64,000 nt of DNA, from positions 81,716,001 through 81,780,000 of the forward strand of contig OX597827.1 of assembly GCA_951406725.2 (NCBI GenBank), written 5' to 3'. Of this stretch, positions 53,049-64,000 are shown piece after piece. Position 1 is the first letter of the stretch; each line of letters opens with the position of its first letter. The notes beneath the pieces were generated by a model that saw only the letters and a list, made by a program, of their open reading frames with translations, was not told the DNA's origin and ran no database searches. A program made the position numbers and the translations under genes. The DNA is from Octopus vulgaris (Eukaryota).

Positions 53049-56000
53049 GTATTACATACATACGTACATATGTAGATGTATGGGTGAGTCTCTCTATACA
53101 CATATATACACATATATATATATGCCTAACTGTTGCCATGTATGTTCATTTATTTATCTCTCTTCATAATTATATTTATAAATCTTCCAATCTCTTAGGC
53201 AACTTTCCTTTCCTCTTTTTCCCACTTCCTCTCTCTCTCTCTCTCTCTCTCTTCCTCTTTCTCTTTCTCTCTTTTCATTCTCTTTCTCTCTTTTTACCTA
53301 TTTATCACTCTATCAAGATTTTATTCTCCTTATATCTTTCTTTATGCATACTAATGTATAATTAATATGGATATGTGTATACACACACCCACACATAAGT
53401 ATGTATATATGTGTGTGTATACATATATTATGGATATGTGTGTGTGTGCGTGTGTGTGTGTGTGTGAAACTATATACACACACCTATATAGATGCTGAAA
53501 AGGAGAGGACAGTGTGTTAATCTTTAATCATGTAAATCACATTTTCTACTCTGAATCAAGTACATCTACACCTAATTCAAACAGCTTTCCGAGTTTCATG
53601 TGTAGCACATACACACGTGCACACACACACACACACATACACACACAAATGTGTATTTCTGTCAATGTGTGTGTGTGTGTGTGTGTGTAGAATCCCTGCA
53701 CAATGGCCATAATAACAGACTATTACTTCACCACAACACTATCTCACAGTGCCCTTACACTACGACACAAAACCCTGCTAGAAGTAGCAGCCAGATTCCC
53801 TCAACTCACATGCTATTGTTTTAAATAAAGGAAGGATACATCATAATAATCCTTAATAAACAAAAACTATGAGGTGGTCATGACTGGAACTCTTGATCAT
53901 TCGTCTTCTCAGCCAGTGCTAACCTACAATTAAACAACAGCAATATCATTGTGTCATCCTACAGCACTCCTCCACGAGCTAGAAACTGTAGCTAAAATCC
54001 CTCAAATTTTACTCTAATACATTGTGTTTATAAAACCTGTTGAATGGTCGTGGATAGAGTGTTGAAGTTTCATTTTTTTAATTATTGGTTTCATCTGAGT
54101 TAAAGGGCAGTACCTGTATCCTTTACTAGTCAATCAATGGTAGGCGGGCGGAAGGGAAATTGAGGTTGTTAATATTTGTACTAAAATTATTGTAAGGGAA
54201 CAACTGGGAGAGGGGAGGGATTCCAGTGGTTAGGAGTCAGTACAAGGTCTGGTGGGGTGTTGACACATCATGAGTGATTGAGGTGTGTGTGTGTGTGGGG
54301 GGATTTGGAGTGAGATCTGAGAGCAGGGAAGGTGCAGAGGCCACTGAAGTACAGTAGATAAGGCAGTGAGTGGACACAGCACATCTAATGTGGCTGGGGT
54401 GTATGTTTGTGAGTGATTTAGTTTAGATAAACACACTTTTTTTATAATCAGAATCTAGTGGGAGGGTGATGGGGAGCTTCTCTGCAAGACATGAGCTGCA
54501 AAACTGTAACAAATTCCTAAATGCTGGGCAATCTATAATTGCCCCTATGATGTTGGATTCCTACTCCCATGTTTCCATTTTCATATATGTTTGTATAGAA
54601 TTTCAGTGTTTTCCATGTGGCGATGATCATGGATGAATGAGTTGCTTTGTTAGTGCAGTTCTCTTAGTTTTGTGTTAGTTCTCTGTTGCAGGTTGTGGTA
54701 TTGTTAGAGGAAATGTCAACAGTGAATGACATTTTTCTGGGCATTTCTCTTTTATAGAGTTGACCCCTATACAGTGGCATTTACATATTGGCTCTTCATG
54801 TTATTGATGTGTCTGTCAAATACTTGCACTGTGGCTCTTGATGGCCCTGGCAACATTTCTTAAACAGCTGAATCTCACCTTTGTGTTGTTCCAGTTGAAC
54901 AGCTTGTGAAATGCTAGCTGCCCTTAGTGGTTGCTGAAGAGAGAAGTGAAGCTCTCAAAACACTGTTTTTATGGTGGTGTTATATGGTGGATTGTACCAT
55001 ATAACATATTTCCTCTCTCTAGGTTGTGTTTATTGTTGTTATTCCAATCTGATTAGTCTTTAGTTTTCTTTGAGTAATGGATATTTAGCAGCGCCTCACT
55101 GTGACACTCGGCAACCCTGTTCAATGTGACTTTAGATGAGAATAAAGACTACATACTCCTGTTGATGCTGTTGGGTACATAATAAAGAAGTATGGGTCAG
55201 TTACTTTCATGCCAATGTATGATAGAATTGTTTGGTCTTGTCAACAGGTCATGTGACCCTCAGGGAGACAGAAGAGTTCGTACATTTGTTTGATGTTTTT
55301 TTTTATGCTTGACTTAGTTGCCATCTCATGAACACCACTTCAAGTTTCATGTTTCTATCAAACAGCAACAATCAGATTAAGTGGGTAATATAGAACCTTC
55401 ATTGTGTATGGAAGGAGAAAGAAAGCTGTAAATGAGGGTAACATTGGTTGTGTTCCCTTAAAAAACTTGCTTTCAAATCAGAAGTAAACCTTGTATGTCG
55501 ACATCCAACATCTTTCCATCTCTCATGGATTGCCACAGTCACTCGAACCAACCAAGCCAAGCTTTGATGCTGTTTTGAATAAATCAACCTCTTCATTAGA
55601 AATAGATTATGAAAAAAACTTTATGAAACTGAAAAAGACCAAAAGACAAAGGATACAGAAGTGGAACTGCTCTGCTGTTGCTATAGAGATTGTTACTTTA
55701 CTCTGTGACTTGCTTACTTTTGATAGGAGAATCCTTTTTCTGCTCATATTAATGTAAAGATACAGGGTTAACCTCTGTCATACCACTTTTTAAAAAATTT
55801 TGAATGTTTACCTGGAATTTCTTCTCAGATGTAGCCATTGTTGTTTAAATCTAGATTGGATCGTATCCAGCAGACCCATTATCGAACACAACCAGGCATT
55901 TACCTTCCCATATTCTATTCAGACGTTGTGTATTTAGAACTACATTAATTAACCTGTCCCTCATTGATATTTTCCCATTTTCTTATTTAGCCCTAAGTCA

Positions 56001-56709
56001 CTTCTCATCCAATGTATCTCTGATTAATGTTGTTCCAGCTGCAACCATCTCATGTATTATTTAGCTGTGATCTATCTTCGATCACATCAAGCAATGTGTC
56101 TTCCTTCCTATTTTCAGATGGTAGAAGTAATGGGGCGATGGTTTAGTTAATTACTTTAACAAGTGTCTCATAATTAAATAACATATCTACCTTTTGAGAG
56201 GCATTATTTCATTATGTATACACACACACACACACACACTCACACACACACACTCGCAAGCCACTTGCTGTGAATATATTTGTTTGCAATGTAAATAAAG
56301 TGAAGTTTTCTGTTGAGAAAGAGGGGTGGGGGGCTGTGTGCTAGTTTTATACTATGGCCTAATGCAGTTCACAAAGACATATCAAAGAATTTAGATAACA
56401 CCTTTTGTGAGATGGAAGCAGCAAAAGCCATTATAATATCTATAAATGCTTGTAAAAACAGGACGGGCAGACAAAAGTGGAATTTAAATAAAATATATTT
56501 ATTAAAAAAATAGAATGGACACAAGCATGTGGACAGTATTCTTTAGTCCAGTCATATATATTCATATATGTGTGGGTGTGTAAGCAGAAGCAGCAGAATG
56601 ACTGAAGGTCCAGGAGTTTCATGTGTTGAGGGCACTTATAGGTTTTGATAAGCGTCAACACAACACACAAAACTCTCAACCCTTGTGTCACTCTGTTACT
56701 TAAACTAAA

Positions 56710-56945
56710 TATTTATTTCTTTATTGCCCACAGGAGGGGATAAACATAGAGGGGATAATCAAGGAGAGACAAAGGGATTAAGTCAATTACATCAACCTCA
56801 GTGCATAACTGGTATTTGTTTAATTGACCCTGAAAGGATAAAAAGCAAAGTCGACCTCAGCAGAATTTGAACTCAGAACTTAACAGCAGATGAAATACTG
56901 CTAAGCATGTTGCCCAGCTTGCTAAAAATTCTGCCAGGTCACTAG
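56710..56945 (-). mobile_element. SINE (family of 9286-9516)
   Basis: Matches 42810-43045. Confidence 0.8.
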
Positions 56946-57039
56946 CCTACTTCTGCTAAATATTAACAAAACGATATACTCATACTCTGGGTTCTGTTCT
57001 TCCTGTTTGCATCATCATACCTCTATATAGATACATATA

Positions 57040-57113
<74 letters not shown>

Positions 57114-57135
57114 TGTATACATATATATATATATA

Positions 57136-57293
57136 CTTTATTTAAAGCAGCAGAAAATTCAACAAAAGCTGTTACTCTGAGTTTCCCGTTGCCGTTCATC
57201 GGACAGTTTTTGCCAGCAAAAACTGTCCGATGAATGGCAACGGGAAACTCAGAGTAATAGGTTTTGTTGAATTTTCTGCTGCTTTAAATAAAG
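57136..57293. repeat. Near-perfect palindrome with a CCGAUGA hammerhead variant in each arm
   Basis: Minus 57169-57206: CTGT-CCGATGA-A-CG-gcaa-CG-G-GAAA-CTCAGAG-TA-ACAG; plus copy at 57223-57260. Confidence 0.8.
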
Positions 57294-57733
57294 CATATTA
57301 CTCTACCACTGGTATTTGAATACTCTTTTAACCACCTTGTTTCACATTTATGTGTTTACTCCGGTATATATATATATATATATATACCGGAGTAAACACA
57401 TAAATCTGACCTAAAATTTTCAAATCGTCGCACTCGCGCCAAATTTATCGGCAGCAAATAAATATAAGCCGTCGATTCCATTACGGAATTAACCAGAAAA
57501 TTCATAATTAATCAATATAGGGTGGCAAAAAAAATTTTGTAGAATTCTTTTGCCACCAGCGGCCTAGTAGGAAAAAATTAAAATAGTCATAGACCATTTT
57601 TAAGTTCAACATCAACAATAAAGGAACGGCCATAATAGGCCATTCACCCACTAGAAATAACAGCCAAAGCTTCAACCGCAAATAAAAGTTAATTCAGTAA
57701 ACCAGGAGAAAATTTAAAAACATTTGCCCTGTA

Positions 57734-57787
<54 letters not shown>

Positions 57788-57836
57788 AAACAAGTCAAAA
57801 ATAGAAAATGCTAAGATGATTTTATAGTGAATCTTT

Positions 57837-57874
57837 CAGTACCGGTTTCGGTCATTTTGAGACCTTTTCAACTG
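57837..57874 (-). ncRNA. Minimal hammerhead motif with U3-A8 core
   Basis: CAG-TTGAAAA-GGTC-tcaaaat-GACC-GAAA-CCGG-TA-CTG. Confidence 0.7.
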
Positions 57875-57993
57875 TAACGATTAAATAATTAAATTTAGAA
57901 AAATTAGAAGAAAAGTTTTTTTAAAAGAATATTTCTGTAGTAGTGTTCAGATATAAGTAGCATTCTGCCTTTCTCTGACTCCCTTGTTTGCAC

Positions 57994-58044
<51 letters not shown>

Positions 58045-58216
58045 ATAATAACAATAATCCTTGGGATTATTTATTATATCTTGCTACATTATATTGATAC
58101 AGCTCAAAGCATCTCCAAAAACTGGTTCACCAGTCAACAGTGGCTGGCATAATGGAATATGAGCTTTGTTGGCAGATTCAAAACGTTTCCTGTAAACAAA
58201 TTTAAAAGATATATAT

Positions 58217-58247
<31 letters not shown>

Positions 58248-58249
58248 TA

Positions 58250-58409
58250 GGTGCAGGAGTGGCTGTGTAGTAAGATGCTTGCTTCCCAACCATATGGTTC
58301 CGGATTCAGTACCACTGCATGGCCCCTTGGGCGTCTTCTGCTATAGCCTTGGGCTGACCCAAACCTTGTGAGTGGATTTGGTAGACGGAAACTGAAAGAA
58401 GCCCGTCTA

Positions 58410-58441
<32 letters not shown>

Positions 58442-58668
58442 ATGGAGTTAAACACATGTGTGTGTGTGTGTATGTCTTTGTCCCCCACCATCGCTTGACA
58501 ACCAATGCTGGAATGTTTATGTTCCCATAACTTAGCAGTCTGGCAAAAGAGACTGATAGAATAAGTACTAGGCTTACAAAGAATAAGTCCTGGAGTCAAT
58601 TTGTTTGACTAAACGCATTTCTCCAGCATGGCCACAGTCAAATGACTGAAACAAGTAAAAGAATAAAG

Positions 58669-58671
<3 letters not shown>
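58250..58671 (+). mobile_element. Full-length tRNA-derived SINE with CR1-like 3' stem-loop
   Basis: A-box-like TGGCTGTGTAG, B-box-like GGATTCAGTACC; 3' CTCCAGCATGGCCACAGTCAAATGACTGAAAC; other copies at 48843 and 62165, partial at 23150, 25450, 60575 and 61660. Confidence 0.85.
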
Positions 58672-58728
<57 letters not shown>

Positions 58729-59391
58729 AACATATAAACACTGTTTCCATTGTAGCTTTGTGGTGAAGAAGCTTGTGTGGCGTCTTAAGCATTTACCGTC
58801 TTCTTTATACAACTAATGCCTTGTGAGGGGATTTGGTCGACAGAAACTGAAAGAAGTTCATATACGTGGGTGCCCTTATTTTGCCACCCTAGGTTTGGGG
58901 CAGTCAGTCTTCTGATTTGCCAAAGGAAACTATGTTTCCATTGATTCTTTTCAAGTTGTTGAGACTCTCTATCACTCATCATTCTTGACAAGTGTGTTAC
59001 CATTTTGGGAACAAAAGTAAAACTCAGAATACAGACACCAGTCCACTACACTCAACTGCTAGTTTTTTATGACCCTGAAAAGATGAAAATCAAAGATAAC
59101 ATGGCTGGGAATTGAACTTACAATTCAGAGTTAGAATAAGGCTTTCTATGCCATGGGGAATACTTTAACCACCCTGCCAAATTTGTCCATTTCCTCTGAG
59201 GTAAATTATGATAAATATACCATATTTCCTATATCTGTGATATATTCAATGCCTGTTCTTCCTGTTTAATTCTCATTCACTTTAAAGTCATAGCACCAAC
59301 TACCTATTGAGTTGTTGTGCACTCTCACTGATTAACTTATTTCAGCGTGATGAACTTAAATTGCACCATTTAGACTCACATACATCTATGA

Positions 59392-59424
<33 letters not shown>

Positions 59425-59679
59425 ATGCATGTGTGTGTGCATGCATGCATGTGCACGTAAGTCAATTAAATTGCAACATATCTGGATGTTCATCATACAT
59501 TTAATATTTTTGTATTTTTAGAAGTATTTTAATGCTATTTTGAAGCAATCACTGAAGAGAATTTTTACATAATTAATTGTAATTTAAATTAATTGACTTA
59601 AATGTATATATAATTTTTGCTCATAATTTTGTTTTGAGCTATTAAAGTAACAGCATATACACCCTTCCCCAGATATCCA

Positions 59680-59852
59680 TATACATACATGCATACATAC
59701 ATATACACACACACATACATACATCTATGTATATATATATATGTATATATGTATATATGTATTTATGTATATATATATATTTATGTATATATGTATATAT
59801 ATTTATGTATATATATATATTTATGTATATATGTATGTATATATGTGTGTAT

Positions 59853-59888
<36 letters not shown>

Positions 59889-59973
59889 TTATGTATATAT
59901 GTATATATATTTATGTATATATATATATTTATGTATATATGTGTGTATGTATATATATATATATATATGTATG

Positions 59974-60010
<37 letters not shown>

Positions 60011-60215
60011 GTATGTATGGCTGTATATATATGTATGTATATATATATATGTGTGTATATATATATGTGTGTATATATATATATGTATGTATATATATGT
60101 ATATATATGTATGTATATGTATGTATGTATATGTATGTATGTATATATAGGTATGTATATATGTATATATATGTATATATATATATATGTATGTATGTAT
60201 ATATATATATATGTA

Positions 60216-60265
<50 letters not shown>
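59680..60265. repeat. (TA)n/(TATG)n microsatellite
   Basis: Direct observation. Confidence 0.95.
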
Positions 60266-60267
<2 letters not shown>

Positions 60268-60938
60268 GTGTAGTTCGAAGCTAAACGAGAAGTGTAATCA
60301 ACAGACAAAATGCAGAAAAAATATATATACAATATGTATAGTTTTAATTATAAGGATCTTATGAACAAAATAAATTCCATGGCTAATGATTTCTCATGAG
60401 TCTTAATGAACTGTGGTCATAAGATTTGGTTGTTTAAAACTAGAATGGCCTCATTACGCGACATGACCATAAGATCATTAGAGGTAAAAAAAGATGTTCC
60501 TTTGGATGCTATATGTGTGTTTAGGAAGATGTATATATGTATGTATGTATGTATATATGTATATAAAGGTGTAATCATGGCTGTGTGGTAAGAAGCTTGC
60601 TTCCCAACCACATGGTTACAATATTCGACCCCACTGTGTGACACCTTGGGCAAGTGCTGGGCTGACCAAAGACCTTTGAGTGGATGTGATAGATTGAAGC
60701 TAAAAGTAGCTTAATACACACACACACATCTTCATAAACACGCATATAGCATCAAAGGTACATCTTTTTTTACCTGTGATGATCTTATGCTCATGTCGCA
60801 TAAATATAAAATTATGGTTTAATGAGTATTAGCAGAAACAGCTGTAAGTGAAGGGGATTAATTTGCTGTTAATAATAAGCAATTTTTAACTTCCTAATCT
60901 CCATTTTCTTTTTCTTCTTTTATATGAATATAAACCAT

Positions 60939-61219
60939 TTACGGAGATGTACTCGCATAGCAAGTGATTTGATCTGAGATCGTGTGCTGGAACGAATACA
61001 ATTGCAGCGTGGAAGGTGTTTGTAAGCCATTTAAGAAACACACAAAAGCCGTTCGATTCACTTCAACATTTAAGTTTAATGTGTCAAAATATTTTTGTCA
61101 GTGAACAGGTCGCAGATTTTAGCGCCGAAAATATTTTGACAAATTAAACTTAAATGTTGAAGTGAATCGAACGGCTTTTGTGTGTTTCTTAAATGGCTTA
61201 CAAACACCTTCCACGCTGC
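60939..61219. mobile_element. Fold-back Penelope-like element with 12-bp TSD and a G3-C8 hammerhead variant
   Basis: Inverted repeat 61001-61222; exact AATATAAACCAT at 60927-60938 and 61220-61231. Confidence 0.8.
61095..61142 (+). ncRNA. Hammerhead-like motif with G3-C8 core
   Basis: TTGTCA-GTGAACA-GG(T)CGC-agatttta-GCGCC-GAAA-ATAT-TT-TGACAA. Confidence 0.6.
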
Positions 61220-61297
61220 AATATAAACCATATTTTTTATATATACACCTATTATTCTAAGGAGATTAATTCCCCAATATACTAGGTATTGAACCTA

Positions 61298-61336
<39 letters not shown>

Positions 61337-61582
61337 ATATATATATAGAGAGAGAGAGTTAAACACAGGTGTTATTCAAAGATTTGAATAACACCTGCTT
61401 TTAACTCCATTTCTTTATTTATCTGTTATACAAAAACATTTCACTTGGAATTCCTGGAATTTCTACCTTTATAAGTAGGCTGTAACATCCTTGGTACTTG
61501 CGTGAAGTTTTTGGTACCTTGATAATGATTTATATATTTTTTCTGTGTTATTTGTACACATTGAAAAAATACACACACACTC

Positions 61583-61629
<47 letters not shown>

Positions 61630-62073
61630 GTGTATTTTTGTGTATGTGTGTTCTGTACTACCACTTCACAGTTGTGTTGGTTTGTTTATGTCCCTGTAAC
61701 TTAGAAGTTCAGCATTAAGTGATCAATAGAATAAGTACCAGGCTTAGAAATAAGACACTGGGGTCGATTTGTTTGACTAAAGGTATTGCCCCAGCATGGC
61801 CGCAGTCCAATGACTGAAACAAGCAAAAGATAAAAGACATGCATATATACAAATATATGTATAAGTATATATTTATGTATATATATGTATGTGCATATAT
61901 GTATACATATATGTATATATGTTTATATATACACATAAATATATGTATATACATGTATATACACATGTATATATGTTTATATATACACATAAATATATGT
62001 GTATACATTTATATATATGTATATATACATGAATATCTATCTTTTACCTATGTGTATATACATATATACATAT

Positions 62074-62118
<45 letters not shown>

Positions 62119-62164
62119 TATACATATACAACTTTTATGTGCATATATATTTATATGCAAATAT

Positions 62165-62548
62165 ATGGTAAGAAGCTTGCTTCCTAACTACATGGTTCTG
62201 TGTTCAGTCTCACTGCGTGGCACCTTGGGCAAGTGTTTTCTACAATAGCTTCACGCCTGCCAAAACCTTCTGAATGGGTTTGGTAAATGAAAACTGAAAG
62301 AAACCCATCTTATATACATACATATATATATATATATATGTATGCATTTTGTGTCTGTGTTTGTGCCCCCTACCATCACTTGACAACCGATGTTGGTGTG
62401 TTTACATTCCCAAAATTAGCAGTTCAGCAAAAGAGACTGATAGAATATGTACTAAGCTTGCTAAGAATAAATCTTGGGGTCAATTTATTTGACTAAAGAC
62501 GGTGCTCCAGCATGGCTGCAGTCAGATGACTGAAACAAGTGAAAGAAT
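62165..62548 (+). mobile_element. tRNA-derived SINE (58250 family)
   Basis: TGGTAAGAAGCTTGCTTCC...GGTGCTCCAGCATGGCTGCAGTCAGATGACTGAAAC. Confidence 0.8.
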
Positions 62549-62654
62549 ACACACACACACACCCACCCACTTGCATTGCTCTTCTATTTCCAAATATATT
62601 GAGATCATTCTTTATGAAGTCACTGACTGACAATACATGCTCACACCAGGTTGC

Positions 62655-62765
62655 CAGCATGCATCTCTATATACATACAAGCAGACACATACACGCGACC
62701 ACCTCCACCAGCATGCATCTCTATATACATACAAGCAGACACATACACGCCACCACCTCCACCAC
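62655..62765. repeat. 54-bp tandem duplication
   Basis: CCAGCATGCATCTCTATATACATACAAGCAGACACATACACGC.ACCACCTCCA twice. Confidence 0.9.
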
Positions 62766-64000
62766 CTTCAGAGCCACATTGTCAGGTGGTGTATATAATT
62801 AGTTGAGTGCAGGTGGCCCCTCTTCATTATATTGCCCCAGCAGGTAATTCTATGCCTGATATCATGTCTCATCAGGGAACATCATGAAATACCTACATTG
62901 CCGTCACCACCACCACCACCACCACCACCACCACCACCGTGCTCTACCCCCACCCCCACCTCATCCAGTCCGATCTACTTAGAATGCATTTCTCTGCATA
63001 ACATGTGTCTTCTTTCCTCTGGTGTTTGATGATGATGGTGGTGGTGGTGGGGATGATGAGGGTGGCGATAGCAGATGTGGTGTTGTGGAGGTGGGAATGG
63101 AGATGGTGGAATGGTGGTGGTGGTGGTGGTGGTGGCAGTTGTTGTGTTAGTGGTGGAGAATCATGGTGACAAGCTATATATGGCAATTGTGGAGATGGTG
63201 ACGGTGAGCCGTGAAAGTACATTGTAGTGTGTAGTGACATCCTCGTTTTACATCTGTTTTCCATGCTGGCATGGGTTGGGTGGATTGTCACTGTTCACTT
63301 CTATTCACTCAGATGTAGTGAGACATCCTCACCTCCCTTATACATCTCACTTGGACACAATTTCTATGGCAGGATGTCTTTCCTGCCACTGACCACTCTT
63401 TCTGTTACTTATACCTGAAGCCTAACTTCCCTTCTAACCTTTTGCTACTTCTCTCCACTGCTTCCCTTTCTTCCCATCTTTTCTCTCTTAGCCATTACAG
63501 TGCCACTGCATCATCGTGTTTCCTTCCAACCAGACAGAACCTTGCACCATTCGCAGATCTGGTCTGTTGCCTACAGGAAGTTCTCATGATTATCTCCCCT
63601 ATGTTCTTCCCTCTTTACTGAAGCCATCTCCTTGGCCAGATGTTAGTAGTGACTACAGTAAGGGTCAGCCACATATAGACTCCCTGCTGTAAGCCCCAAA
63701 ACAATGTTTGACCCTTTCACTGTTGACCCACTCAAGACTCCTTTTAAATCTATGATGAAAGCATTCCATTTTCAAGTGAAATTAAAGCCTTCCATGAAAG
63801 TGTGTTCTTCATTTATGGTCAAGATATCAACTTAATAATGGCAAGAATGTTTTTCTAACTTCTGCATTGTTTTCAAAATTAATTGAAATGAAGCCATTGT
63901 ATTTCAACAGAAACAGGGTCACAAAACGTTTAAAGATAGATCACCCTCTGGGATGATATTATTGGGTGTGCGTGTGTCAGAGAGAAGAGAATGTGTTTAG

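Noticed and set aside
58620-58655. SINE/LINE 3' stem followed by GAAAC as a hammerhead
   Set aside because: No CUGANGA-like core and no helix I or III; better explained as a LINE recognition stem-loop

Overview
AT-rich eukaryotic genomic DNA, intronic or intergenic, dense with (TA)n, (CA)n, (CAT)n, (GGT)n and (CT)n microsatellites and decayed transposable elements. The repeat landscape resembles an octopus/coleoid cephalopod genome; this is inferred from recall, not a search. No intact host protein-coding gene is supported, and most long ORFs in the track are microsatellite translations. Recognisable elements are RTE, CR1-like and R4/Dong-like LINE fragments, several tRNA-derived SINE families, Tc1 and mariner remnants, a piggyBac-like MITE and non-autonomous Helitrons. 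The most notable signal is about a dozen minimal type-I hammerhead-ribozyme-like motifs of the Penelope-associated kind, with a palindromic helix III. Several lie in short fold-back elements with 12-13 bp target-site duplications. Their cores include C3-G8, U3-A8 and G3-C8 versions that all preserve the 3-8 tertiary pair, plus recurring U4C and extra-A variants, and one family appears fused to a tRNA-like head. All structures were read by eye and need computational and biochemical confirmation.
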